Below, in pieces: positions 10,201-20,359 of a stretch of DNA of 64,000 nucleotides; position 1 is the first letter of the stretch, and each line of letters starts with the position of its first letter. The notes under the pieces are model-generated. The model was not told where the DNA came from. It was given only the letters and a program-made list of their open reading frames with translations, and ran no database searches. The translations under genes and the position numbers were made by a program. The stretch lies in the IMG/VR virus record IMGVR_UViG_3300036770_008729, positions 1-64,000 of that record; one strand, 5' to 3'.

Positions 10201-13200
10201 CGGTACGAATGTTAATACATTGAATGCTACTCCAAGCGCAACTAGAGAATATAGAGTTGTTATAAATGATAGTAAATCTTGTTTGGTAACTTCATCTTCT
10301 CATACGGTTACTGTGGTTCCTGATCCTATAAATCCTACATTAAATACAAAGAGTCCAAATCAAAATGATATTTGTGTTGGTACTGGAGTATCTGCTACTT
10401 TTAATTCGGGTAGTGATGGTGTTGGTTGTCAAGATATTTTTCAATATTCAATAAATAGTGGAATTAGTTGGTCTAGTTATAATCCAGGAAATACAATTTC
10501 AACATCTGGTCTAACACAAGGAACGACTGTTCAGATTAGAGGTCGTAGAGGTAATTGTAGTACTGGTATAGGGTGTTCTAATAATGCTTATGATGTATTA
10601 GTTCAGTGGACTATAGTGACTCCTCCGATTCTTTCAACAAACGTTTCTGACGTAAGTTGTAATGGTGGAAATAATGGTAACATTAATCTTACCGTATCTG
10701 GATCTGTTGGTCCTTTCTCATTTAATTGGTCAGGTCCAAATGGATTTACTTCAACTCTTGAAGACCTATCAAATGTAGAGGCTGGTAGCTATACAGTTGT
10801 TGTTTCTACACCAAGTGGTTGTCAGTCTACTACTTCAATTACAGTATCTCAGCCAAGTAATATGGTATTAACTATTGTTGGTCAAAATGTTGCTTGTAAT
10901 GGTGGTAGTTCCGGTAATATCGACTTGACTGTTAGTGGTGGTACACCTACATATACTTATTCTTGGTCTAATGGTGAGACAACTGAAGATATATCAAATT
11001 TAAGTCCTGGCTCATATACTGTAAACGTTAGTGATGCGAACGGTTGTATTGCAACATCTACAGTGTCAATATCTGAACCTTCTTTACCAATTAGTTTATC
11101 AAATACAAATCAAAATGTCCTATGTAATGGTGGTAGTGATGGTTCAATTGATCTTAATGTATCTGGTGGTACACCAGGTTATACTTATTCCTGGTCAAAT
11201 GGACAAACATCAGAGGATATTTCTGGATTGATTGCGGGAACATATTCTGTTTTGGTAACAGATTTCAATGGATGTACATCTACACTTACAACTACAATTT
11301 TACAACCATCCGCTTTAAGTAGTTCTGTCGCTGTCTATAATGTAAATTGTTATGGTCAAAATACTGGTTCAATTAACTTGACTGTTTCAGGTGGGACACC
11401 TGGTTATACTTATTTATGGTCAAATGGGCAAACATCAGCTTATGCAACGGCATTGGGAGCTGGTACCTACTCTGTGTTAATAACAGATGTTAATGGTTGT
11501 CAATCAACTAATAATGCTACTATAACTCAACCTACTTTATTGGTTGCATCTCATACTAAGGTCAATCTTACTTGTTATAATTCAAATGATGGCTCTATAA
11601 CAGTTACTGCTTCTGGTGGTACACCTCCATATACTTATGGTTGGACAAATGGTATGACAGGATCTACTATTTCTAATTTACCAGCTGGTAATTACACATC
11701 ATATGTTTCTGATTCAAAAGGTTGTACTAAATTACAAACTATAAATGTCTCACAACCCTCTGTTCTTTCTTCAAGTGTTAATAGTCCTACAATATCAACT
11801 TGTCAGACAACACCAGTTGTTATTACAGCTTCTGTTATAGGTGGAACTGCTCCATATACATATTTATGGTCTACTGGAGCAACTACTAATACAATTTCTG
11901 TTTTACCTACACAAACTACATCTTATACTATTCAAATTACTGATTCTAAAGGATGTGTTAATAATAATATCGCTACGGTAACTGTCAGTCAAACGGTTGG
12001 ACTTCCTATTGTAGGTTCGGTTTCTGGACCAACACAGGCCTATAATTATATGTTAAATGGATCTTCTGCTACTTATTCAGTTAATCCTGTTCCTGGTGCT
12101 ACTAGTTATATTTGGTATATACCAAACAATGGCGTTTGGGTTATCGGTAATAACACATCAAATATATTGACTGTTCAATTTCAATCTTATTTCACTGGTG
12201 GTGATTTTTATGTTGCAGCTCTTGATGGTTGTTCTATTAGTTATTCTGATACATTAAATGTTTCTATTTTAGATAATCCAATTATTGCCGGTTCATCTTG
12301 TGGAATACCTTCGGGTTCAATAAAGACCTACTATGTTTCAAATTCAATTCCTGGTTTAACTTATAATTGGACACCACCTTATGGTTCGGTCATTCTTTCT
12401 GGTCAGGGTAATGATACTGTTCAAATTAAATATAGTTCTTATTTTCAATCACAATCTCAATTATATGTTAATACATCTACGATATATGGTGTATTCACCG
12501 GGGAAAAGGAAATACTAAGAAACGCTTCATCACCAACTGCGATTTTAGGACCTCAATCTATTTGTGCGGATGGAACAACTATTTATGAATATTATGTTGA
12601 TTCTGTGGCTACTGCTACATCCTATATTTGGGGTGTGCCAAATGGAGTTAGTATCGTTAGTGGTCAAAGTAATGATACCATTCAGGTTAGATTTAGTACT
12701 TCATATATTGGTGGTAATTTTAGCGTGATGTCTGTAAATCAATGCGGATCTTCTCCTATGAGATATGGAACAGTTTCTAATAGTAATCAACAATTTTATC
12801 CTGGTACTATTTCTGGGCCAGGTGATCTGTGTCCTTATTTAGGAACTACAGTTACTTATAGTGTTCCTCTATCCGCAGGTTATACATATACTTGGTTAGC
12901 TCCTTCCGGTATGACAATTTTATCAGGTCAGGGAACAAATATAATAACATTACAAGTATCTAACTCTTTTACTTCTGGAACTTTGAGTGTGAAATTAAAT
13001 GAAGGTTGTGGTGATAGTCCATATTCTACTCGTAGTCTTTCAACTCAACAAACAAATATATCAGTTTCTCAAATACAAGGATTAACAAACCCTTGTTCAA
13101 TTGTTGGTACTGGTCAAACAACAACATATAGTATCACACCAATAAGTGGTGTAAACTATAACTGGTCTGTTCCGGTAAATGCTACAATAGTTTCTGGTCA

Positions 13201-14227
13201 AGGTTCAAATGTAATTAGTGTTAGTTTTCAATCCGGTTTTTCTGGAGGTGTGATAAGTGTGTTAGTTTCTGGTGGTTGTGCTAGTCCAATAACTGTGTCT
13301 AAAACTTTATCACTTGGATATCCTTCAATGACAATTCAGGGCACAAGATGTGTTGAAAATGGTTGGTCTTATAACTACTCGGTTTCTTTTCCTAGTATGG
13401 CTTATTATTATAATGTTCAGAGTTATACTTGGGTTCCACCTGCAAATGCAGTTGTTAGTAGTGGTCAGGGAACTCAAAGTGCGACTATAACTTATCCTTC
13501 AAACTTTGAGTCCAATTGTACAAACAATATGTGTGACTCAATTAAAGTATATGTTCAGTTTCCTTGTGGTGTGAAATTGGTAAAAATGAAAATTGGTATG
13601 ACAACTTATGCTGCTAGCTCAATTATTGGTCCACCTTCAACTTGTGGTCCAGATACTGTTATGTTGAATGTTGCGGTTCCTACACCAGTAAGAGCAACTG
13701 GTTATATTTGGGGTTATCCAAATGGTGCTCAATTTTTAAACCTTAATGGTGGTGGGTCTTCAAATGATACTATTTTTGCAAAGATTAATTCTACTTACTT
13801 TGGTGGTAGTTTTAGTGTTATGAGTTTTAATCAATGTGGTTCAACTCCAATGAGATATTTTACCTTACCAAAGGTTTGTCCTACTGCTATTATTATAAAT
13901 AATGATCCTGAGATATCTACTGATATAATAACTACGATGAATGATATTCTTTCGGATCCAGAATATTTGGAAAATCAAAAAAGACCTTTGGATTTTATAA
14001 CTTATCCAAATCCTGGTCAAAACATAATAAATCTTAGAATATTTAAAGGAAATTCACCTTACTATTTGATTCAAATAACTAATTTGATTGGTCAAAATGT
14101 TTATGCCAAATTACATGAGGCTGAAGATGTTATTGATATTTCTAAATTTGAAGAAGGAGTATTCTTTATTTCAATTCAGGATAATGAAGGAAATAAATTA
14201 ACTAAACAATTAGTTATTGAGAGATAA
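7250..14227 (+). CDS. Large T9SS type A sorting-domain surface protein (Gly-rich domain, FN3-like repeats, Ig, SprB repeats, PKD-like domains)
   Basis: Signal peptide ending SFS-Q; two FN3-like units (LSW..VS.A.SYDVYFGT...YYWK.V); SprB repeats (VxCNGGxxGxIxLTVSGGTPxYTYxWSNG); PKD-like units; C-terminal YPNP...N.IGQ....IDIS....G.FFI.I......T..LVIE. Confidence 0.9.
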   Translation: MMMKFFKYIFLSLITLLSINSFSQTAMPASGTNVGASSGSWLVPANVYSIEIDAWGGGGAGAGKSTSGTGGLAGGAGGSRSTTTISVTPGQIIYFRVAASRPGTTGNAANGNDTWVNKSLNSAPTSSTDGVVAKGGASAVGTAAGVGSTTGCIGTSNQGGSGRVGGVTAGGGGSGAGTNLDGNDATGTAGATAPAGGGNGGNGHSSGGAGSAGSIPGGGGGGAYKNNNTSRSGGAGAAGRVILTYLAIPNCASLNAPSNNSTGISTNQVLSWAAVSGATSYDVYFGTSSTPPFVINQTGTSYTPTLSYSTQYYWKVVAKNSAGDALSCSTWNFTTKDPGCLSATYGQYPSTTYTPSCMGTVENITTTGYASEYSVVSLQNGETYTFSSSNSTDFITISNSAGTTVLAYGTTPVSWTSNLTGNVRFYTHTNEACGSSTTGRTRRVQCSIPPLCTSLISPSDGSTGQSIGTQLSWQSVSNANSYDVYFGTSSNPPFIQNQTGTTYSPSLSYNTTYYWKIVPKSSVGSATGCSVWSFTTGGPGCLNSTYGQYPTSVYNPGCTGTPENITTAGYAGEYSMVTLISNVNYTFSSSVATDFITISDELGTTILAYGTGSVSFTCLTDGNYRFYTHTDNACGSSSTSRVRRIQCSTPPPPANDLIANAQDVGLCGGSFNGNTKFATNSGDGPSCWTAPSENWTAPGVWYTVVGNGQNITASLCGSNYDTKLFIYTGTPGSLTCLTYNDDFCSTQSQVTFSSTLNTTYYMLVTGYGSAKGAFTFSVSLDPSVPVISTNPTNSTICPGSSWTFSVIASGNQGPLSYQWYLDGNVISGATQSTYDASTAGTYYVIVSNSCGATTQSSNATLSLFTLPTITVNSPEICFGNSTTIIASGGTSYSWSTGATTSSISVSPISTTNYIVTGTDVNGCQNTATSTVTVNPNPLVSLNTLSSTICSGGSGTNNITATPSSGNPTYNYQWQYFNGTSWVNTGTNVNTLNATPSATREYRVVINDSKSCLVTSSSHTVTVVPDPINPTLNTKSPNQNDICVGTGVSATFNSGSDGVGCQDIFQYSINSGISWSSYNPGNTISTSGLTQGTTVQIRGRRGNCSTGIGCSNNAYDVLVQWTIVTPPILSTNVSDVSCNGGNNGNINLTVSGSVGPFSFNWSGPNGFTSTLEDLSNVEAGSYTVVVSTPSGCQSTTSITVSQPSNMVLTIVGQNVACNGGSSGNIDLTVSGGTPTYTYSWSNGETTEDISNLSPGSYTVNVSDANGCIATSTVSISEPSLPISLSNTNQNVLCNGGSDGSIDLNVSGGTPGYTYSWSNGQTSEDISGLIAGTYSVLVTDFNGCTSTLTTTILQPSALSSSVAVYNVNCYGQNTGSINLTVSGGTPGYTYLWSNGQTSAYATALGAGTYSVLITDVNGCQSTNNATITQPTLLVASHTKVNLTCYNSNDGSITVTASGGTPPYTYGWTNGMTGSTISNLPAGNYTSYVSDSKGCTKLQTINVSQPSVLSSSVNSPTISTCQTTPVVITASVIGGTAPYTYLWSTGATTNTISVLPTQTTSYTIQITDSKGCVNNNIATVTVSQTVGLPIVGSVSGPTQAYNYMLNGSSATYSVNPVPGATSYIWYIPNNGVWVIGNNTSNILTVQFQSYFTGGDFYVAALDGCSISYSDTLNVSILDNPIIAGSSCGIPSGSIKTYYVSNSIPGLTYNWTPPYGSVILSGQGNDTVQIKYSSYFQSQSQLYVNTSTIYGVFTGEKEILRNASSPTAILGPQSICADGTTIYEYYVDSVATATSYIWGVPNGVSIVSGQSNDTIQVRFSTSYIGGNFSVMSVNQCGSSPMRYGTVSNSNQQFYPGTISGPGDLCPYLGTTVTYSVPLSAGYTYTWLAPSGMTILSGQGTNIITLQVSNSFTSGTLSVKLNEGCGDSPYSTRSLSTQQTNISVSQIQGLTNPCSIVGTGQTTTYSITPISGVNYNWSVPVNATIVSGQGSNVISVSFQSGFSGGVISVLVSGGCASPITVSKTLSLGYPSMTIQGTRCVENGWSYNYSVSFPSMAYYYNVQSYTWVPPANAVVSSGQGTQSATITYPSNFESNCTNNMCDSIKVYVQFPCGVKLVKMKIGMTTYAASSIIGPPSTCGPDTVMLNVAVPTPVRATGYIWGYPNGAQFLNLNGGGSSNDTIFAKINSTYFGGSFSVMSFNQCGSTPMRYFTLPKVCPTAIIINNDPEISTDIITTMNDILSDPEYLENQKRPLDFITYPNPGQNIINLRIFKGNSPYYLIQITNLIGQNVYAKLHEAEDVIDISKFEEGVFFISIQDNEGNKLTKQLVIER

Positions 14228-14855
14228 ACTTTTTGTCAATTATAGCAAATGAGAAATGTTGTTTTGGTGGTAAAAAAACTATAGTTTTATCTAAAATACC
14301 TTCAAGTTTTTTTCTAATCTTATCCATGACAGATATGACATTGTCATACAAAGTTACATTCAGGTTTGTTTTTTGAACAAAAACAAAACAAGGAATCCAC
14401 CCTGAATTCAATAATTCTGGAATTTCTCTACTTTCTTCTTTTATTTTATCCTTAAAGTAACTAGAAATTGTAGGATTTTCAAACACACGAACCCAATCCA
14501 ATTTTTGATGTTTCATGCTCAATCCAACAAGAGCAGCATTAATAGATTTGAGGTACTTTAAGTCACCAATATTATTATTATTAAAATAGTCTTCAGTTCT
14601 TAAAAATTTTGTACTTAAAGTCTCACCGTTACATACTAAGTTTTGAAATCCAACTCCTGGTTTTAATAGGTAAGGACTTAAATAACCAATTGAAAATTCA
14701 GGAAATAAATCTTCTAAATCAACCAAACAATCAAAAGTATCTTCTATATTTAAATCATCAAAAGCACTTTCGATTATTTCAATACCGGATTCACAATCTT
14801 GAAGTTCAAGCTGTTCAATAAAATTATATCTTTCAAAAGTTTTGATGTATTTCAT
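14214..14855 (-). CDS. Hypothetical protein with N-terminal tag (MKYIKTFERY)
   Basis: 213-aa ORF starting 3 nt after the neck-like gene. Confidence 0.75.
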   Translation of the reverse strand: MKYIKTFERYNFIEQLELQDCESGIEIIESAFDDLNIEDTFDCLVDLEDLFPEFSIGYLSPYLLKPGVGFQNLVCNGETLSTKFLRTEDYFNNNNIGDLKYLKSINAALVGLSMKHQKLDWVRVFENPTISSYFKDKIKEESREIPELLNSGWIPCFVFVQKTNLNVTLYDNVISVMDKIRKKLEGILDKTIVFLPPKQHFSFAIIDKKFISQ

Positions 14856-14857
14856 AG

Positions 14858-17095
14858 TTATTCATTATATGGGAAATTCGGTAAATAAAGACGAGTAGTT
14901 GCATTGTCTGCAAAAACCAAGTATTTACTATCATCTCTAATAATATATTGATTACAAATCTTAGTGTGTTCAGATTCTGGTATAACATCTAAGAATACTC
15001 TTATGTTAGTTGCTTTCATATCAGAACCAAGTAACTCTGGATTTACTCCTTCCATCTCAAAGGTTATAGGAGTTATATCTTGTTCATTTTTATAAACTTG
15101 TTTCAATATCGTGTTTGTTAGTGTGGCTGCCTCTTCCTCCAGCTCTATATTTCTCTTATAGATGTATTGTTGCATTTTTCTCTGTCTTTGTTCTATATTA
15201 AGCACATAACAATACCATACTTCTTCATTAAGAGCATTTGTTTCATTTACAGGAACACCTGATAAATCAAAGTGGTAAGTTTCTGTGTTAAGAGTTACTA
15301 TAATAGTATCGTTTAGTAATTCAGCACTCCATCCTTTTGAGTTATCTTCATCATAATAATTAAAGAATGAATAGACTTCATCCATCACATAATTGTTAAG
15401 ATTGAACCAAATTTGAAAGCCAATATTATCTGAGACATCCAATTTTGGATCTAAGTTTTTATATCTTACCGCTGTTGTTCCCTGTTCAACGGTTGATAGA
15501 TCATAGTTAGCTTTAGCGATTATTGTAGATGAGTTTTCAATCAATTCCTTATTAATTTCTGCCATTATTTCTTGTCTAATAGGTTCCCTTGTAAGTGGTT
15601 TGAATTGGTCTTTATTAGCTATAGATGCTTTATCTTGAACATTTTCAACACCAAACAATTCATCAATAGTGCTATTCTTAGTGAGTTGGTCAAGTTTTGT
15701 CTGAATTTGTTGATTACCAGCAATAACATTTGCTTTCTGAGTGTATTTTTTCAATACAAGTTTATAATACACTGCTGAGTTATTGAAATTTCTAAATTGT
15801 TGAGCATGGTCAACTTGAAACATTCTATTCAAATTACAGAAATAAAGAAAATCCTCTTTTGATGGTCTTCTTTGTGGTCCAAATATCTCTTTGAATTGTT
15901 TTTTTGTAATGTGAACATTCATATTTTCAAATAAACTCAAATCAAATTGATTCATTACTATCTGACTATCTGGAAAGTTGTTACCATCTACTGATACTTT
16001 CATATCACCTTGACAGACTACATTGTATAATTGATATTCATGTAGAGTGTGGTCTTGGCCTTTTTTATCAGCGTCTGTGCAAAAATAAATTACTTGGTGA
16101 CCAAATACTTGCTCAGCATCAGAACTCATTTTATTTAAAAGATTAAATGCTGTATTTTGTTGATATGGATTGTAAAGTTTAGCCTTTTCATCAGCTGTCA
16201 TTTGAGGCAAACTATTAGGTGTCTCACATTGTCCACCTGAATTAGAAATCCCACCATTGTTAAGTGCTGGTATAAAATTTCCATTTGCATCGTAATATCC
16301 GGTCAAATTAGATTGACAACATTCTCTAATCCCATAAAGATTTGTTTTGAAATAGTCTTTACTAACATTTTGAAAATCACCTATTAGATTAATATCTTGA
16401 ATACTGACATTTGCATCAGAGTTGTTCTCAACTGAATATTCAATTTGAAAAAATCTAACTGGATTAATAGGAGTAGTGCTTATATTTTCTTTTGTAAATG
16501 GTTCCCAACTAGACCAGGTTCTAGAATTATCTTGTGAATATCTATATTTTATAGATACTCCAGCTGGTATTCCAGTTGATGAGATTATCTCTATATCATC
16601 TACCTTGAATACTTTAAATATATATGGAGCTTTGAAAATTTTACTTTGACCAGAAGATAAAACTATTGTACTTTCATCTGTGACAACATCTCTTTCTAGA
16701 TCGCCATTTAATTTATATTCTAACAGTCTTATATTTCCTACAGTTGAGTTTCCTCCTCTTGTCCATCTGATATCTATATTAAGTTTGTCTTTTGGATCTA
16801 CTACAGGAAAATTATCTATATTTCTTTTTAGGTCTAACCATTCTGTCCATTGAATTCCATTTCTTGATATCCTATATTCTTGTGATAGGAATCTATTATC
16901 GGTCATTCCTAATGTATCATATAAAAATAAATTAAATAATTTAACATTTTGTAAATCTGTAATACTTATTGTATATTGGTCTCCTATATTTGAAAATATT
17001 GGAGCAAAGTCGACAGATGATGTCGCCGATGTGATACTAAACTTGTATGATATAGAAATAGTACCATTTAGGTTATCAGTTGCAATATTAGGCAT
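14858..17095 (-). CDS. Virion structural protein containing a T4 gp14-like neck domain
   Basis: Central segment EQVFGHQVIYF...DHTLHEY...FDLSLFENMNVHITKKQF...RPSKEDFLYF..LNRMFQV resembles gp14-type neck proteins by pattern; TAATATATA at 17100-17108. Confidence 0.55.
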   Translation of the reverse strand: MPNIATDNLNGTISISYKFSITSATSSVDFAPIFSNIGDQYTISITDLQNVKLFNLFLYDTLGMTDNRFLSQEYRISRNGIQWTEWLDLKRNIDNFPVVDPKDKLNIDIRWTRGGNSTVGNIRLLEYKLNGDLERDVVTDESTIVLSSGQSKIFKAPYIFKVFKVDDIEIISSTGIPAGVSIKYRYSQDNSRTWSSWEPFTKENISTTPINPVRFFQIEYSVENNSDANVSIQDINLIGDFQNVSKDYFKTNLYGIRECCQSNLTGYYDANGNFIPALNNGGISNSGGQCETPNSLPQMTADEKAKLYNPYQQNTAFNLLNKMSSDAEQVFGHQVIYFCTDADKKGQDHTLHEYQLYNVVCQGDMKVSVDGNNFPDSQIVMNQFDLSLFENMNVHITKKQFKEIFGPQRRPSKEDFLYFCNLNRMFQVDHAQQFRNFNNSAVYYKLVLKKYTQKANVIAGNQQIQTKLDQLTKNSTIDELFGVENVQDKASIANKDQFKPLTREPIRQEIMAEINKELIENSSTIIAKANYDLSTVEQGTTAVRYKNLDPKLDVSDNIGFQIWFNLNNYVMDEVYSFFNYYDEDNSKGWSAELLNDTIIVTLNTETYHFDLSGVPVNETNALNEEVWYCYVLNIEQRQRKMQQYIYKRNIELEEEAATLTNTILKQVYKNEQDITPITFEMEGVNPELLGSDMKATNIRVFLDVIPESEHTKICNQYIIRDDSKYLVFADNATTRLYLPNFPYNE

Positions 17096-17143
17096 GACTT
17101 ATATATTAAATTGATAATTCTATTTAAATTTCTTCTAAATTAT

Positions 17144-17174
17144 TTTGTTAATAAATAAATCCTCCTTATATTTG
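17144..17174 (+). promoter_or_regulatory. Bacteroidota primary-sigma promoter (-33 TTTG, -7 TAnnTTTG)
   Basis: TTTG 17144-17147, 19-nt spacer, TATATTTG 17167-17174, upstream of ATG 17205. Confidence 0.7.
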
Positions 17175-17204
17175 TATGTATAATAAAGTAAATAACAAAA
17201 AGTT

Positions 17205-18479
17205 ATGAACATTAAAGAAAAATTCTTAGAATTAACAAGTAGAACATATCCTCACGGAACTGAGAAGGAAGTTTTTCCTCTACTTAATTCAGAATTAAAA
17301 GAAGATGAATTTGGTAATCTATTCATTAAAATTGGCGAGAGTGATGTTATGTTCACTGCTCACTTAGATACCGCAACTTCAGCTCTTACTAAAGTAGTTC
17401 ATGTTGAAGATGGTAATATAATTAAAACCGATGGTAAATCAATATTAGGAGCAGATGATAAAGCTGGTGTAACAATTATGTTACATATGATTGAAAAAAA
17501 TATACCAGGTCTTTACTACTTTTTCTTAGGTGAAGAAGTTGGTTGTGTTGGTTCAAGAAAAGTTGCAAATCAATATAAAGAACAAAAGATATCTGGAATT
17601 AATAAAGTAATATCTTTTGATAGAAGAGGTTATAATTCAGTAATCACTTTTCAATCTGGTTCAAGATGTTGTTCAGATAAGTTTGGTGAAGAATTAGCAA
17701 AACAATTAAATAATATTGAGTCTACTTTTAGTTACAAAAATGATCCTACTGGGTTACTTACTGACTCAATTCAGTTTGTGAGTTTATATCCAGAGTGTAC
17801 TAATATATCAGTTGGATATCAATATGAGCACACTTATACTGAGCAGCAGAACATTGAACACTTAGAGAAATTAGCTGAGGCTTGTTTGAAAGTTGATTGG
17901 AATAATTTACCAGTTGAGAGAGATCCTTCTAAAACAGAATACTCTTATAGTAGTTATTATGGATATGATTATGACTATGGATATAGCAATTACAAATCAT
18001 ATTCTGACTATGATTCAGTTTATTATAAAAAACAATCACCTAAGGTATTAACTGAAAAAATTTGGTTTATTGATGATAAATATGATTATGTTTCTTATGT
18101 AGAGGTTGATAAATCAAACAAAGTTGTAGCGGTTGATTTGGACTCTAGAAGAATTGAATATGAAAAAACAATTATCAATAATTTATTGAATCAACTTGAA
18201 TTAGAAAGAGAATCTATTACTTGGACAGGTTTCAAATTAGATGTTAAATATTCTGATAATCATTCTTCTCAGTGTGATAGAAATGATTTGATTGAATATC
18301 TACCAGAATTGGATTATAGCAAATTTGCTTCACTTACAGAAGAAGCTGTTAATGAATACTGTGCTAAAAACAATCAAAATTCTATTTCAGCTAATACCAA
18401 CTTTCTAACGGATAGAGATTATCCAGATTGGAATTATAATGAGTGGAATGACTATTTAGATAATGACTTATATGATTAA
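17205..18479 (+). CDS. M28/M20/M42-clan zinc peptidase with Tyr-rich C-terminal extension
   Basis: AHLDT, GADDKAG, GEEVG, FDRRG, NISVGY..EH metal-ligand motifs. Confidence 0.85.
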   Translation: MNIKEKFLELTSRTYPHGTEKEVFPLLNSELKEDEFGNLFIKIGESDVMFTAHLDTATSALTKVVHVEDGNIIKTDGKSILGADDKAGVTIMLHMIEKNIPGLYYFFLGEEVGCVGSRKVANQYKEQKISGINKVISFDRRGYNSVITFQSGSRCCSDKFGEELAKQLNNIESTFSYKNDPTGLLTDSIQFVSLYPECTNISVGYQYEHTYTEQQNIEHLEKLAEACLKVDWNNLPVERDPSKTEYSYSSYYGYDYDYGYSNYKSYSDYDSVYYKKQSPKVLTEKIWFIDDKYDYVSYVEVDKSNKVVAVDLDSRRIEYEKTIINNLLNQLELERESITWTGFKLDVKYSDNHSSQCDRNDLIEYLPELDYSKFASLTEEAVNEYCAKNNQNSISANTNFLTDRDYPDWNYNEWNDYLDNDLYD

Positions 18480-18483
18480 TAAT

Positions 18484-18639
18484 ATGGAAATAGGAAAATT
18501 AAAATTGACAGAAGCTCTTAAATTACTTAAACCTATTGCTCATAGTTATGGGTTGAATTTGAGTAATTCAAAAGATTTCAAAACAGCTAGAATTATTTTA
18601 GCAAATCTTTATTGTCACGATATTCAATATGAACACTAA
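18484..18639 (+). CDS. Small hypothetical protein (51 aa)
   Basis: Not in the track; MEIGKLKLTEALKLLKPIAHSYGLNL..., fills the gap between two + strand genes. Confidence 0.55.
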   Translation: MEIGKLKLTEALKLLKPIAHSYGLNLSNSKDFKTARIILANLYCHDIQYEH

Positions 18640-18694
18640 TATTACAGAATTGGGTATATACAATTTGTAAAATTTACAAATTAATATATACCCT

Positions 18695-19471
18695 ATGAAG
18701 TATTTGAGAACTTTTATAGAAAATGCCGTTCCAGTAATTGGTGGAAACAAAGAATATAGAATGCAAAGTTTACCTCACAAAGGTGATCCAATAGCTTCTG
18801 ATGGTAAGATTTCTATTTTACAACAAGATTGGTTTGAAAAACTATTGCCAGATACATTAAAAGTGTCTTGTGATCCAAGATTATTTAAATTGAATTTTGA
18901 CCAATCATTAACTCCGGTTGAAAAAAAAGACTTTATTTTTGAAAAAAATGATTGTGCAATTAATAAAAGTATAATTCAGTTTAATTATTGGATGGTTCCT
19001 GATCATAATCCTGGTGAGGAATTAGAAGATGGTGAACCTTCTTGTATTGAATTTGATATATGTTCAGTTAAAACCTTAGAAGGTATAAAATTAATAGTGG
19101 ATATCACACATGGTGAAGACATTACTTTTCAGTTCTCAATTGAACCTCCTAATAAAATAAATGTTGGACATTATACCGGTGTTGGTTCTCTTTATGATAA
19201 TAAAACACATTTCGGATTCAAAGATGAATCAGTTAAGGATCTAGTTAATTTTTTTAATGCCTTCGATCATGGAATTAAATTGACCCAGAAAGATTTAGCA
19301 TTTTTAGATGAACATAGAGATAGTTATAAACATGATGTATTTAATAAAAAACATAACTATACTGATGATTCTGACTTGCTTAAATTTGGAAATTCCATGA
19401 AAGACAATGAGCCAAGTTTGAAAAATGTTCAATCATTCAGTAACTTTAATCCATCTACCATCAGTAAGTAA
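18695..19471 (+). CDS. Hypothetical protein with N-terminal tag (MKYLRTFIEN); paralog of 6571-7074
   Basis: 258 aa; TAATATATA at 18682-18690, 4 nt before the ATG. Confidence 0.75.
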   Translation: MKYLRTFIENAVPVIGGNKEYRMQSLPHKGDPIASDGKISILQQDWFEKLLPDTLKVSCDPRLFKLNFDQSLTPVEKKDFIFEKNDCAINKSIIQFNYWMVPDHNPGEELEDGEPSCIEFDICSVKTLEGIKLIVDITHGEDITFQFSIEPPNKINVGHYTGVGSLYDNKTHFGFKDESVKDLVNFFNAFDHGIKLTQKDLAFLDEHRDSYKHDVFNKKHNYTDDSDLLKFGNSMKDNEPSLKNVQSFSNFNPSTISK

Positions 19472-19819
19472 TTGAAATTTACCAATGTATTCAAAATTGT
19501 GAGTCCATTCATCTGGTGATATTATTGAAAGAAAATCTTCACCATTTTGTTTTTTATATAGGTAGTAATCATTGCCTGCCACTGGCTCAAAATTATGTTT
19601 TGAACTATATAACCTTTCATTTATTGAAATTTCAGCTAAAAGATGTTCATATTGTTTAGCAATCTCATCAAATTTAGAAGTGAAGTATTTTTTTACTTTT
19701 TGACTTTTTTCTATTTTGAATAGTTGAATATTATCAGGTGAAAATTTTTGAGAACCAATTTCTGTTGGGTATTCCTTTGTCCTTCTATCAGGTACAAAAC
19801 TATCTGGTAATTTTTTCAT
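19433..19819 (-). CDS. DUF2452-like protein
   Basis: YPTEIGSQKF, LYSSKHNFEPVAGNDYYLY, FLSIISPDEW pattern. Confidence 0.65.
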   Translation of the reverse strand: MKKLPDSFVPDRRTKEYPTEIGSQKFSPDNIQLFKIEKSQKVKKYFTSKFDEIAKQYEHLLAEISINERLYSSKHNFEPVAGNDYYLYKKQNGEDFLSIISPDEWTHNFEYIGKFQLLTDGRWIKVTE

Positions 19820-19903
19820 TACTATTTCATATATAAATTATTCATTTAGTTTAATTTTATAATTCAAAAAAATTTATTATATTTGTCATTAATATATAAT
19901 ATA

Positions 19904-20359
19904 ATGTCAACTCAACTCTATAAAATAGTTTTTAATAAAAGTTCATTTGAATTAAATGATGATTACGAAAGACTTTCTGAATACGAGAAAGAAATAATAT
20001 CATCTATGCCAGTTGATGCTTTTTTTGACTATGATTGTGATGATGATTATACTTGTTTTTTAATAACTAGTATAGAAACAGTAAAATCATATGTATCTAT
20101 TCTAAATAATAATTTAATTAAACATAAAGTCCATAACATTTCAAATAAAGTTATTAACAACGAAATCAATTTAGAAAAAGAGATTAAAGATTCAATTGAG
20201 CCAACTTATAAAATAAAATTCAATATATTTATTGATGGTGTCAATGAATGGATTTTAGAACACTTAGATATAGACACGGTTTTAGATAGAATAAACCAAG
20301 TTGGTGGTATGAATAATTTAAGACAAGTAGAAAAGGAATTTCTTAAAAACTACAAATAA
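19904..20359 (+). CDS. Hypothetical protein
   Basis: Track start 19883; ATG 19904 preferred because TAATATATA lies at 19890-19898. Confidence 0.65.
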   Translation: MSTQLYKIVFNKSSFELNDDYERLSEYEKEIISSMPVDAFFDYDCDDDYTCFLITSIETVKSYVSILNNNLIKHKVHNISNKVINNEINLEKEIKDSIEPTYKIKFNIFIDGVNEWILEHLDIDTVLDRINQVGGMNNLRQVEKEFLKNYK

